DNA from: a virus
Reading direction: 5' to 3' (one strand)
Virus record (IMG/VR): IMGVR_UViG_3300045974_000102
Coordinates: 51,883-115,882 of that record
Length of the DNA: 64,000 nucleotides
The translations under genes were made by a program, and so were the position numbers. This document shows, one piece after another, positions 29,602 through 39,867 of this stretch (position 1 is its first letter; every line of letters starts with the position of its first letter). The notes under the pieces are model-generated. The model searched no databases. It worked only from the letters and a program-made list of their open reading frames with translations, and was not told where the DNA came from.

Positions 29602-30777
29602 TTAGTAGTCAAGCGTATTAAAGTTTACAGCGATTCTTGCCACAAGTTTAGGAGCATTGGCAATAGAAAGCTGAGTATTACGGCCATCAGTTGAATTACC
29701 TGGTTGTTCCTGCCATAGGCCTTGATCACGGAAGTAAGTTCTTACAAGAGCAAGATCTTTATCGCTACCAGGCTTAATGTCAAGAACACGTCCAACTTTT
29801 TCAGTTGCCTGACTAACAGAAAGCACAAAGTTAGAGCTAGAATCATATGTAACTCTCTTGCCGTAGAAAGTTCCTTCTCCAACTTGTGCTAGCGTATTCG
29901 TGCCAACAGATGTAGAGGAGTTACCATAGTCATAGCTTAGGCAAGTAAACGGAGTGTTGATTATTGGAGTATACTTAACAACCCAGTTAGCAGGGATTGG
30001 TCTATTGAAGAATATAGTTCTTCCTAGAACTGCATACTCAGTTGGGTTACCAGAAGCCATACCAGAAGGTGTGAAGTTAGTAGGAGTAGCAAGTGGCTTC
30101 ATACCAGTAACTGCAGTGCCAAGTGTATTGCTTGTGAAGAATGAAAGCTGTGGTACTCCAGAGGCTACTGTAGGCCAAAGAAGGATACGTGAATCAAGTG
30201 TCGTAGAGTTAAGTGCTTCAACTCTTGGGTTAACTTCAACGATAGGCACTTGGATATAAGCCCAGCGAGAGAATGCTCTTGCTCCACCTGTATCATAGCC
30301 ATGCTTGAAGAATGTTGCGGGATTGCTCGGATCTGTACCAGGAGCGGTAAGAGCAGAGTATCTCATAATACCAACTGGGACTGTTCCACTTAGACCAGCA
30401 TCATTCATTGCTGTAGCAACTTTGTAGCCAGCATAAGCTCTGACATTCGGGTTTGCCATTCTGATACCAGCATCTTCATCAAGAGTCGTGTAAGCAGTAA
30501 CGAAACTTGATGCTGGTAGTGCACGCTGCTCATAACCCAAGTAAGCTGGGATTAGGCGACCTGCTGTATCAAGTGCGGCCACTTTACCCGGCATGAACAC
30601 AAAATGACTACCAGCGATTCTGTTTTCAGAAATCAGAGCAGGTAGGTAATGCGCAGGGTAAAATTCACCAGGAGGGTTTTGACCTTCACTAATTTCAACG
30701 TTATAGTTAGGTGTACCCTGAAGGACTTGTGGGGCATTTACGAAATTTGCAAAATAGTTAGTTCCTTGTCCTGCCAT
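29602..30777 (-). CDS. Putative head decoration/minor capsid protein
   Basis: Between protease-scaffold and capsid; strong RBS; beta-rich. Confidence 0.6.
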   Translation of the reverse strand: MAGQGTNYFANFVNAPQVLQGTPNYNVEISEGQNPPGEFYPAHYLPALISENRIAGSHFVFMPGKVAALDTAGRLIPAYLGYEQRALPASSFVTAYTTLDEDAGIRMANPNVRAYAGYKVATAMNDAGLSGTVPVGIMRYSALTAPGTDPSNPATFFKHGYDTGGARAFSRWAYIQVPIVEVNPRVEALNSTTLDSRILLWPTVASGVPQLSFFTSNTLGTAVTGMKPLATPTNFTPSGMASGNPTEYAVLGRTIFFNRPIPANWVVKYTPIINTPFTCLSYDYGNSSTSVGTNTLAQVGEGTFYGKRVTYDSSSNFVLSVSQATEKVGRVLDIKPGSDKDLALVRTYFRDQGLWQEQPGNSTDGRNTQLSIANAPKLVARIAVNFNTLDY

Positions 30778-30803
30778 CTGTATATTCCTCCAATTAATTC
30801 AAT

Positions 30804-32795
30804 TTACCTTCTAATGAAAGTAAATAGGGTTTGTAGACTTGCTACTTTTTCGTGTAGCGAAAGCTCTTTATTTTCGTCTTCGATCTTATCGGCTACTTTT
30901 TGATCCTGGCTTGTCAGAGAAGGATCTTCTGAGTCTGCCAGCGTGGGGTCTGTTATTGTCTTGATTGATATATTGTTATTAACTAAGCTGTCTTTTAATT
31001 TTCCTCTTAGTTTACGATACTCTCCAGCGGACTCAGTTAGGAACTCATAGTTTTTCTTCATAAGTCTTGTTTTTTCGTCTTCACAAGAGTCTTCAATTAG
31101 ACCAAGAGCATTCTTAGAGGTAACAATCTCGTCAACAAGGTTAATTCTTAGTTGATAGTTAAGGTCAACATTCTGCTTATCAAGCATGTCGATCTCTTCA
31201 TCCTTAAGCTCAATGTCTGTCTTAAGTGCAGCAACTACCTTCTCTCCTTCTGCAAGCTTGTCTGTTAGCTCAGTAACTAGTGCGTCTTTTTGGGCAATAG
31301 AGTCCTTAGCTACAAGTGACATCTCAGAATCTTCTAGATAGTCAGTAAGGCCAGAAGTGATAGCTTCACCAGCCCACTTAAGATCTGTGCCAAATCCTTT
31401 CATCAACTGGAAGATTTGCTCAATAGGATTCTTTCTTGTTTGAGCTTTAGCGTTAGCTACTGCTTCATCTGAACGTGCATCTTCAAGCTGCTCTGGTGCT
31501 TCCCATGCTTCAATAGCGTCTTTAAGAGCTTCGATAGCTTCGTCGATGTCAGTAATCTTGGGAACTTCAGTTACTACTTCAGTTGCCTCTGGCTCTTCTA
31601 CCTTGTCAGCAATAAGTTCAATACCAGCCTTTTTAGCTGCTCTACCAAGAGCTGCTTTAGCCTTCTCTCTTTCCTGCTCTGTTAAATTCTCTGCACTATC
31701 AATAAGCTGTAGACCAGCCTTGATATCAACTCCATTACGCATAGGGAAGCGTCTTATGATCTCACTATCTGTCTTTTGAATAACTGCGAATGTTTTGTCA
31801 GTAAGTTCGTCGTCTGACAGAGCAAGTGCAGAGACTGCTTCTTCATCTGATAGTTTAATAGCTTGAAGTTGTTCGGCAGAAAACTCGTCACTAAGAGCAA
31901 CAGACTTAACTGTTTTCCCAGCAACCTTTTCTTTTGTTGTACCTGCCATTTGTCCTTCCTCCTGATTAATAATTGTGCAGATATTATCCATACATACGAT
32001 CTTTTTACCTTCAGCTTGTTTAAAAAAATCTTTTATATCAATAACATCTACTGTAGCGTCTAACCAATTAGACTCACGCTCAAAGGTTGTTTCTTCTTCT
32101 ATTCCGTCGTGGATCTTAGTTATTCTGCCAAAAGGATCTGCTGGTTTATTTACGAACGACAATTCCTCATACTCTAAAGATTCAGCAAGCATAAAGATAT
32201 GTGGCGCTTTCTTTAAAGGAAAATGCTCACAAATCTTGTCTACTTGGTCTTGTCCACATACTGAACAAACTAATCTTCTTGGACCAGCTCCAATAGAGAC
32301 AGTTAAGAACTCTCCATCAAGAACTCTCTTAATACCTTCTTTATTGTCAAGCTTACCTATTACTTCAACATAAGCAAGTCCATCATAACCAGGGTTGCGC
32401 CTTTGTGTAGGTATAAGCGCATCTCTACATAAGGCCATATAGCCATCTGTATCTAAGTCTTCAAGCTGGTAACTTCTGCTAAGTTGATCATAAAACTTAG
32501 TAAGTTTATAATCTGCAGCTATTACATGGCCAAATATTTCAGAGTCTTTAGGCTTATGCTTTTCTATGATAGGTCTGGGCCTGGGTGCAACAAATGATGG
32601 AATATCTAAAGCCACTGTATCGTGGCGATAGATAACTCCATTCCCATTTTTAAGCCCGTAATGACTAGCAGCTATAGTTAAGAGTAATTCTTTCTTGTGG
32701 CTAACTGCATCTTCTATCTTAGATAAGACAGCATCAGTTAGTTTTATTTGATAATCTTCAAATAGTCTGAAAGAATAATCCTTATTAATTACCAT
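30804..32795 (-). CDS. Prohead protease fused to scaffold
   Basis: TVSIG..CSVCG..CEH..ELSFVNKPAD; acidic coiled-coil C-half; internal GGAGG-ATG (MAGTTKE). Confidence 0.85.
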   Translation of the reverse strand: MVINKDYSFRLFEDYQIKLTDAVLSKIEDAVSHKKELLLTIAASHYGLKNGNGVIYRHDTVALDIPSFVAPRPRPIIEKHKPKDSEIFGHVIAADYKLTKFYDQLSRSYQLEDLDTDGYMALCRDALIPTQRRNPGYDGLAYVEVIGKLDNKEGIKRVLDGEFLTVSIGAGPRRLVCSVCGQDQVDKICEHFPLKKAPHIFMLAESLEYEELSFVNKPADPFGRITKIHDGIEEETTFERESNWLDATVDVIDIKDFFKQAEGKKIVCMDNICTIINQEEGQMAGTTKEKVAGKTVKSVALSDEFSAEQLQAIKLSDEEAVSALALSDDELTDKTFAVIQKTDSEIIRRFPMRNGVDIKAGLQLIDSAENLTEQEREKAKAALGRAAKKAGIELIADKVEEPEATEVVTEVPKITDIDEAIEALKDAIEAWEAPEQLEDARSDEAVANAKAQTRKNPIEQIFQLMKGFGTDLKWAGEAITSGLTDYLEDSEMSLVAKDSIAQKDALVTELTDKLAEGEKVVAALKTDIELKDEEIDMLDKQNVDLNYQLRINLVDEIVTSKNALGLIEDSCEDEKTRLMKKNYEFLTESAGEYRKLRGKLKDSLVNNNISIKTITDPTLADSEDPSLTSQDQKVADKIEDENKELSLHEKVASLQTLFTFIRR

Positions 32796-32796
32796 G

Positions 32797-34923
32797 TTAT
32801 GCCTCTGTTTCAGTAATAACTCTAATCTTTAGTCTTGAGTTTGGTCTAAATGGTGGTATTTCCTGCACTATATTTCTAAGATTAAGTGTTAATTCTTTAC
32901 CAAGATATTCACTGCTATCTGCAGCGACATCATTAAAGTCAGAATAAATTATGAACTTATTATGGTTGTTATTAACGCATGTTAGCGCATAACCATAATT
33001 ATAGGCTCTATTCTGCTCAGTTCTATTGGCAGTAGCTACTCTTGCTGTAGCACGGTTAAGATTAGTTGAATCTTTATATATTGAGTCCACAACTTCGTCT
33101 CTAATCTTATCTAGTGGCGCGAAGATATTATGCATCACTTTATCTTCATAGTCTGTTAATTCTAGATCTTTTGCAGCAGCTTCCATGCCATCATGTATTT
33201 TATCTAGCATATTAGCTTTTATCTTGTCATATGTGCACTTAGAAGCCATTATGATGTCCATACGCTTACGAGCATCATTTGCGTGATCTACTTTGTCCAT
33301 AATCGCTCTAAACTCATCTTGGAGACTAATTGACTCTTCAATGTCCAAACTATCGCGTTGAGACTTAACAATATTGGAATTTGACTTAGCAGCCTTAATA
33401 GAATCTCTATCTGCGGCACTACGCTTCATTGGGTCCTTCTTACGTGCTGTAGAGGCTTTATGCTTGATCTGAGTGATGGTTTTTGCAGCTCCTACCTCAA
33501 CTTGCTTATGTGCGAGATCAATCTCGGCATCTTGAGCAGGTTTTTCGTAAAGACCATGATGCGTTTGGTTAAAGTTCTCTTCTGTGAAGTCTTCACGACC
33601 CATAGCCTTACGAGCTTCATTGACATCAATAACATTCTTCTGGAATAGATCTGCATGGTGATTCTCTTTGCGTATCTGCCACTCTAAGTCTATCTCAGTA
33701 AATACAAGTTTAGGCAAGTTCTCTGGGTATAAGGAGTTCTCAATTGGTGACTGCAATGCGAATTCTAAGAGGATCTTCTCTGAGAACTGCTCTGCAATCT
33801 CTTGTTGTATAAATCTAACTATATCAGTAAGCGACTTCGACATAGAGTTAGCTGTATTACCGGATATTTCATTACCCATGCCCATATCTGTTGCTGAAAC
33901 GCCTAATCCAGAGAAAACACGCTCTTGGAAGTATTTAAGGTAGTCTTTAGCGTCTAGACCCTTGCTACTATTCCCAACATACTCAATTGTGTGTCTAGCG
34001 TCAGTTGCAATACCACCATCTTGTAAAATGCTCTGCAAATCCTGTTTTGCCTTATCTAGCTCACTTGTTTGCATAACATGGTCTACCATTGAAGGATTTT
34101 CCACTTTATAATGCAAAATAGGGAATAAGTCTCTGTAAATTAGAAGCTGGACATCTTCTTCTATCTTTCTAAGGGTTCTAATGTCGTCTACAACAGGTAA
34201 TACATCTGGAGTGCCGAATACCATCCCGTCTTCTTTGTAAAGCGTAAAGTGAACTACGTCTTCTGGTTCAAACTCTTTAACTATACCTCTTCTAACAGAC
34301 AGGTAGATCCACTTGTCTAATACCATCTCATAATACTTGCCTTTCTGCTTATACTTAAATCTAGGTTTAATAGTAGTAGGATGAGGAATAAACAGACCTA
34401 CAACTGGGGCTTGTTCTTTGCCATCAAGGTCATATGAGTGAGCTACCTCGCAATCTTTGTCTCTAACCTTAACTACCCAGGCATTTGAGCATACTAATAG
34501 ATACATTGAGATTTGCTTCACTAAATGTGTTAGTGAAATACCAGTTTGGAGCTGCATCATCATAAAACGAGCTTCCATATACTTAGTCATCTCGTCATTT
34601 TCACTTTTTATCCCTACTCCTGATTTCATAAGCAAAGAAAGCTTCTTTTGCACAGCTTTCATGAAATATGCTTCGTGTTTCATTAGTTTAAAGAGTGAGG
34701 TTAAGTCATATTCGCCTTCAGCGAAATATGACGATATCTGATTGGGAGATTCGAAGAATCTGGGTATTGCTGGTTGAATTGTCTTAATATTCTTTGCTAG
34801 TTTCGATACCATAGCAGGAGAAGACTTCATTATGCCTTTAGCTTGGTCAAATAGCCCGATTACTTCTTGAGCTTTAGCAAATGTTGCCTGGTTAGGCTTT
34901 ATAAGCAATTTATTCATGTTCAT
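32797..34923 (-). CDS. Portal protein
   Basis: NAWVVKVR, HPTTI, EDVVHF, FGTP, RVFSGLGVS, INEARKAMG-like end; precedes protease. Confidence 0.85.
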   Translation of the reverse strand: MNMNKLLIKPNQATFAKAQEVIGLFDQAKGIMKSSPAMVSKLAKNIKTIQPAIPRFFESPNQISSYFAEGEYDLTSLFKLMKHEAYFMKAVQKKLSLLMKSGVGIKSENDEMTKYMEARFMMMQLQTGISLTHLVKQISMYLLVCSNAWVVKVRDKDCEVAHSYDLDGKEQAPVVGLFIPHPTTIKPRFKYKQKGKYYEMVLDKWIYLSVRRGIVKEFEPEDVVHFTLYKEDGMVFGTPDVLPVVDDIRTLRKIEEDVQLLIYRDLFPILHYKVENPSMVDHVMQTSELDKAKQDLQSILQDGGIATDARHTIEYVGNSSKGLDAKDYLKYFQERVFSGLGVSATDMGMGNEISGNTANSMSKSLTDIVRFIQQEIAEQFSEKILLEFALQSPIENSLYPENLPKLVFTEIDLEWQIRKENHHADLFQKNVIDVNEARKAMGREDFTEENFNQTHHGLYEKPAQDAEIDLAHKQVEVGAAKTITQIKHKASTARKKDPMKRSAADRDSIKAAKSNSNIVKSQRDSLDIEESISLQDEFRAIMDKVDHANDARKRMDIIMASKCTYDKIKANMLDKIHDGMEAAAKDLELTDYEDKVMHNIFAPLDKIRDEVVDSIYKDSTNLNRATARVATANRTEQNRAYNYGYALTCVNNNHNKFIIYSDFNDVAADSSEYLGKELTLNLRNIVQEIPPFRPNSRLKIRVITETEA

Positions 34924-36419
34924 TCCCCGCAGTTTCTACTAGTTTTATAGACTACCTTAATTTTCTTATTATTGTCTGTATAGATTGTATAAGAGTTATC
35001 TTGCGATTTAAGCATTTCGTCCAAGGCACCTTCGTTAATCAGTTTAAGTATGGTCTTAGGTGGATCATTTGGCAAATTATATGTTGTTATAATACTATTC
35101 TGAGTAACTACAACATCACCAAATGGGAGTTGCAATACAGGAGCTAGCTTCTGCGCTATAGTGGCCACATTATCAGTGTTATTTATATTCAGCGAAGACA
35201 GTGGTATTATTGGCACAGTCTTATTTTTATCTGGGACAGGCTTATCTCTATAAGTAGGCGATGCTGTCGAACCAGGAATAGGAGGTTGTGGACCACATGC
35301 TTGCACGCCACATGCTATAGCTATATCACCAAAATATGCTGTAATGGTCTTTAGTGTAGTTGTAAACTGGAGAAGTAATATTGAACCGCTGCAGCTCATA
35401 TTGAACTTATCAAATTTTAGTGTAAAGTCTTTATTGCTTATGAACAAGTCTGCAATATAACCTTTAATTGTTGATTTTATAGCCTCTATTAGCCCTATGA
35501 TCTTAAGCACAAGCATCTGAGCCATGTTGCCTATACAGTTCTGTGGAGTAGCTCTTTTAAGAGCATCTTCTACTGGTTTAACCACTTTATTAAGTGCTGA
35601 ATCTGCTAATGCTAGCGCTTGTGCCTGTAAGATAAAGAGAACTTGTTGTGCTAATGTGTAAATCCCTGAAATTAGTGATTCTTTAAAAGAGCCACTGAAT
35701 TTAGAGCTTAAAGTTAGAGCCTTTGAGAGTAGATTAGCAATCTCTGCAATGCTACTTGGCACTGCAATTAAAGTAGCTACTGCTGCAGGTAAAGATATGT
35801 CTTGTTTTTTATTAAAAAGTCCAGCGGCAGTATTTGCTATGCTTTGCACACTAGTCATTGTGGCATTATAAGTTTTAATGCCTTCATTAATAGACGTTGC
35901 AACTTGATTAGCTCTTCTCATTGTGCTATTTATATCTTTTATAGCATTATATACATTATTGCGAGTTTCACAAGATAACATAGACATAAGAAGGCAGAAT
36001 ACAGAACATAATATTTCTGTGCCCTTAATGCCCATTGCCTGAATAACTAAACTGCCCTTAATGAGATCATCTATTTCTTTCCCTGCTTTTTCAAAGGCAG
36101 TAAGACTGAGGGTTGTTGGAGTTATCCAGCTATTAAGAATTGCTGTAGGCTTAGCAAATGCTTGGCTTACTGTAGTGTTGACAAAATTATTGGCTGTAGT
36201 TATTCCTGCTGCCGCAGCTTGTGCTCCACTTTGAAAACCGTTAATAAAAGACTGTGTTGTAGACACAGCCCCATTGCTTACTTCAACAGACTTATCATTA
36301 ATTTTTATAATACCAGATTCTTGTGTTGCAACATTATTTAACTTGGCATAAATGCTTGAGTTTGTAAAAGCTGCTATTGTAGTGCTTTTAAGTGTATCTG
36401 TTAGAAATACAGCTCCCAT
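34920..36419 (-). CDS. Hypothetical helical protein
   Basis: 499-aa ORF between terminase cluster and portal. Confidence 0.65.
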   Translation of the reverse strand: MGAVFLTDTLKSTTIAAFTNSSIYAKLNNVATQESGIIKINDKSVEVSNGAVSTTQSFINGFQSGAQAAAAGITTANNFVNTTVSQAFAKPTAILNSWITPTTLSLTAFEKAGKEIDDLIKGSLVIQAMGIKGTEILCSVFCLLMSMLSCETRNNVYNAIKDINSTMRRANQVATSINEGIKTYNATMTSVQSIANTAAGLFNKKQDISLPAAVATLIAVPSSIAEIANLLSKALTLSSKFSGSFKESLISGIYTLAQQVLFILQAQALALADSALNKVVKPVEDALKRATPQNCIGNMAQMLVLKIIGLIEAIKSTIKGYIADLFISNKDFTLKFDKFNMSCSGSILLLQFTTTLKTITAYFGDIAIACGVQACGPQPPIPGSTASPTYRDKPVPDKNKTVPIIPLSSLNINNTDNVATIAQKLAPVLQLPFGDVVVTQNSIITTYNLPNDPPKTILKLINEGALDEMLKSQDNSYTIYTDNNKKIKVVYKTSRNCGE

Positions 36420-36598
36420 TATTCCACCTCTACAGGATAAGCTTCAAGACCATCTTTAAGAGCCTTTGTTCTGTGCCTTAGGGAATGCAGTGCTGCATAT
36501 TGCATAGCATATTGAGCCTCCTGAGTTTCTTCCTCAGCTAACTTAGCTACATACCAGTCCATTATTCTTTTAGCGCTTGCAAATGTGCCATCACTCAT
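36419..36598 (-). CDS. Hypothetical 59-aa protein (not in track)
   Basis: AGGAG RBS; MSDGTFASAK..YPVEVE*; fills the gap, stop overlaps next ATG. Confidence 0.65.
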   Translation of the reverse strand: MSDGTFASAKRIMDWYVAKLAEEETQEAQYAMQYAALHSLRHRTKALKDGLEAYPVEVE

Positions 36599-36606
36599 AA
36601 ATTCTC

Positions 36607-37047
36607 CTAGATATAAGAAGCTGCTTCTGAAACTGCGTCTGGCACTATATTAGCACACCCAACGCCATAGCCTATCGCATTAACTGCGCTTGTTGCTCTA
36701 ACCATAAGAGGCTGAGCTTCAGTTAGAGCAGTGCTAGCTATGGCTTCATTTGGAACATATGAAGGAGGAGGAACAGGTCCATGCATTGGAGTTGTAGAGC
36801 AGCCAATACCATTATGTGCGAACGAGTTAACATGTCCATTTAAACTATTCTGCATATTAGTCCATACTTCTCCTCTAGTTGGATAGTTCGTATGAAGAAA
36901 TGGGTAAATAAGGTCATATACACCAATTACTTGATTTTGCCATCTAGTCTTAGCAATAGAAGTAGGTAAATAGCTTGTAAACTTGCCTGTTGTGTCAAAG
37001 GCTAATGCTTTAGCGTTACTTGTAGCGTCTAGTATGCTAGTAGCCAT
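36607..37047 (-). CDS. Hypothetical protein
   Basis: GGAG RBS, overlap-coupled. Confidence 0.6.
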   Translation of the reverse strand: MATSILDATSNAKALAFDTTGKFTSYLPTSIAKTRWQNQVIGVYDLIYPFLHTNYPTRGEVWTNMQNSLNGHVNSFAHNGIGCSTTPMHGPVPPPSYVPNEAIASTALTEAQPLMVRATSAVNAIGYGVGCANIVPDAVSEAASYI

Positions 37048-37423
37048 TTTTTACTCCAGTAATAGAAACTAATGCCATTTGCTCAAAGCAGATATGCATA
37101 ATGTCAACTGCCTTCTTAAACAGTGCAAAGTCTATAGTATCGTTAGTTCCACCTAGATCATTGACTGCAGCTATCATAATTGGATCTTTTGTAATATATT
37201 TATGATTTCCTGCTAGTCTATCAGCATTTTCGATTAAATAATCAATTGCCTTTATTCTTTCTTCATATTCTCTAATTAGTCTTAAGTGATCCATTAACTT
37301 ATTAGCTACAGCAAGAATAGAGGCATCTTCTGCTGATATAGACTTTTGCGTTTGATCTATAGCAAGATTATCTATATGATCAGGCGTTCTCTTAAGAGTT
37401 TCCGTATTGAAGATACTCGCCAT
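37037..37423 (-). CDS. Hypothetical protein
   Basis: Coupled ORF in operon. Confidence 0.6.
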   Translation of the reverse strand: MASIFNTETLKRTPDHIDNLAIDQTQKSISAEDASILAVANKLMDHLRLIREYEERIKAIDYLIENADRLAGNHKYITKDPIMIAAVNDLGGTNDTIDFALFKKAVDIMHICFEQMALVSITGVKNGY

Positions 37424-38067
37424 TAGCCGGTCACTCTTAGTTCTGAACCATAAGAGATATCAATGAAATAGTCTCTTATAGTAAGCATGGTTGGAGGATT
37501 TTGTCGCCATGACATACGCATTCTAATAGGTATGTATTGAGTATTCGGCGCTCCAGGCACACCTAGACTTGGAATTACTAACACTGGACGTTTAGTAGCC
37601 CACATTGCACCAGAAAGCTCACTATAGCCCCAACTAAATCTAACAGTTAGATCACCAGTATCTACAAGGTTATATCCGGCCTTATACATACCAGTCACAA
37701 CAGCAGTGCCAGTTGGAACTACGGTAGTGGAAATCTGAGCTACAGTGGCAGAATGATCAGTGCCATTTAAGTTGAATGTAGAATAAACATCAGTATATGT
37801 GATAGTGCCAGTAGATGGTGCCTCACTACTATTTAATGGTGCAGTCATTAAAGAGACAACTACATTTTTATAGTATTTGTCTACTGCATCATTACGTATA
37901 TACATAACAGTCTCTAGCGAGTTGTTATATGCTGTAAAGTCTAAGGCAAATGGCATAATTACTGGATTGGTGTAAGCGCCATTCATGCTGATAGATTTAT
38001 CTAACACCTTGTTAGAAAAAGGAATTTGCTCTTGGTATAAATTAATCATGACGACTCCATTAATCAA
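37423..38067 (-). CDS. Hypothetical protein
   Basis: ORF following terminase. Confidence 0.6.
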   Translation of the reverse strand: MINGVVMINLYQEQIPFSNKVLDKSISMNGAYTNPVIMPFALDFTAYNNSLETVMYIRNDAVDKYYKNVVVSLMTAPLNSSEAPSTGTITYTDVYSTFNLNGTDHSATVAQISTTVVPTGTAVVTGMYKAGYNLVDTGDLTVRFSWGYSELSGAMWATKRPVLVIPSLGVPGAPNTQYIPIRMRMSWRQNPPTMLTIRDYFIDISYGSELRVTG

Positions 38068-39865
38068 TAGATCTTCTTATGACAGAATTAGTCCTCTTCC
38101 ATGAAATCATATGCGGCCTTTTTATATTACCCCTATTTAGAGTGCGAGAGATAATTATTTCTGGCCCTAATTCACTTCTGTCTATGAAACTACGCTCATC
38201 CAAGTATATTGGCTCTGGACTATTATCTGTTAATAAAATAATACTTCCATATTTGGTCTCATTTTTTTGAGACTCATTAGGAGCTAGGATATCTTTGGTA
38301 GAAAACGTAGCTGATGACATTAGTATTCTTCTGAATAATTCGCCATAGAACTTAATTATACCATACAAAGCTAACATTAAAGAGTCTATATTATGGTCTT
38401 CAATGCCATCTTTCTTATCAAATCCATATTGTTCTACACCTTTAGCTGTTACGTTAAGTAGTTTGTAGTTTTCTAAGCTTTTTACCAAGTCTTCGTCTTC
38501 TTTGTCAAAGTTCAAGCATACCATATTATTTATAGGCTCAAATAGTCTAGAAACCTGACCAACTATGAATGATTTAGTAGTTTTACGTTGAACTTCTCTA
38601 TTGAATGGATCTTCTATCTCCATAAAGGCACCAAACTCAATTGCCTCTAAAGTATAGCGTATTTGTGCATCTGGGTGTATTCCACCTACTTTTGGTGCAA
38701 TCATCATAGACCAGCGTTTAAGCTCTTCTATTATTGTATGTCCATAGCCATAATCTGCCATCCAATGCTTAGGTATCCACTTTCTGTTAAGGTCAATGAA
38801 TGCTTGCTTAGCTATTGTGCTATTCCAGGATGCAGATGAAACTATCTTCTTGTCTACAACGTTGATATGTCCTGAATCAGGATTAAAGCCAACAATATAA
38901 AAGTAAGTGCCAACTGCAGGACCATTCCAGTCTACTCCTCCAAAGTAAATATAACCAGGCTCTCTTATATTATCTTCATAGCGCCTGTCTACTTTTGCTA
39001 AATCTATACCTCTTAAGTTGAAAGGACCACCAGATAAATCAGGGAATTCAGCTTCGCATTCCTGCATAAAGCCTGTTTCGCCTAATAACTTCTTAAATCT
39101 CTTAATCTGGCCAGCCATTTCTTTAACGTCATAGATAGAAACATGTATCTCAGTATACTCAGGATCGTCTCTACAGCCTTTATAAAACATATTACCCCTA
39201 CCCTTAGGAGTAGAGGTCATTAAGATAGAGGCATTGTCTTCTTTAGACAAAATAACAGCTAAAACGTCTGCTAATACTTCAGAAGGCACAATTGCTGCTT
39301 CGTCTATGTAAATCCAGTCTGCTGTCTGTCCACGGACGCCAGGTCCAGCAATCATAAGGGTAATCTTAGAGCCGTTTTCAAAATTAATGATGTATACGGG
39401 ACTCATACTCTTATTGCTAATAGCATGTTTAAGCTCTGGTGTCTTATATAAGCAGTCTCTGAGAATATATTCATCCCATAGTTTCTTGATTTGCACCTCT
39501 TGTGGGGTGATGATTAGGGCGGAAACGTTCTCGTTAGTAAGGACAAAATGCATAATTCTATAAACAAATGCTAAAGACTTGCCAGACTGACGACATTGTC
39601 GTGCAACTATATTTTTAGAAGAACAAAGAAGAGCTTTTCGTTGATACCAACGTGCAGGTTTGCCATATACCTTCTCAAAGAAATAGGTAGCATCAAACAT
39701 CCATCTAGCATCATGCTCTTCAAAACCATTCTCAATAGCGTATTTAACATCTTGCTCTACAGTAATACCTGTGCATCTAACAGTAAACTCACCATATTTA
39801 GCTATTTGCTTCTTTATACAGTCTTTACATATAGTATTCTGGAAACACTTTGCATTTAAGTTCAT
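38060..39865 (-). CDS. terL: Terminase large subunit
   Basis: WYQ Q-motif, RQSGKS Walker A, YIDEAA Walker B, TSTPKG motif C, GGVDW and DHNIDS nuclease motifs. Confidence 0.93.
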   Translation of the reverse strand: MNLNAKCFQNTICKDCIKKQIAKYGEFTVRCTGITVEQDVKYAIENGFEEHDARWMFDATYFFEKVYGKPARWYQRKALLCSSKNIVARQCRQSGKSLAFVYRIMHFVLTNENVSALIITPQEVQIKKLWDEYILRDCLYKTPELKHAISNKSMSPVYIINFENGSKITLMIAGPGVRGQTADWIYIDEAAIVPSEVLADVLAVILSKEDNASILMTSTPKGRGNMFYKGCRDDPEYTEIHVSIYDVKEMAGQIKRFKKLLGETGFMQECEAEFPDLSGGPFNLRGIDLAKVDRRYEDNIREPGYIYFGGVDWNGPAVGTYFYIVGFNPDSGHINVVDKKIVSSASWNSTIAKQAFIDLNRKWIPKHWMADYGYGHTIIEELKRWSMMIAPKVGGIHPDAQIRYTLEAIEFGAFMEIEDPFNREVQRKTTKSFIVGQVSRLFEPINNMVCLNFDKEDEDLVKSLENYKLLNVTAKGVEQYGFDKKDGIEDHNIDSLMLALYGIIKFYGELFRRILMSSATFSTKDILAPNESQKNETKYGSIILLTDNSPEPIYLDERSFIDRSELGPEIIISRTLNRGNIKRPHMISWKRTNSVIRRSID

Positions 39866-39867
39866 AA

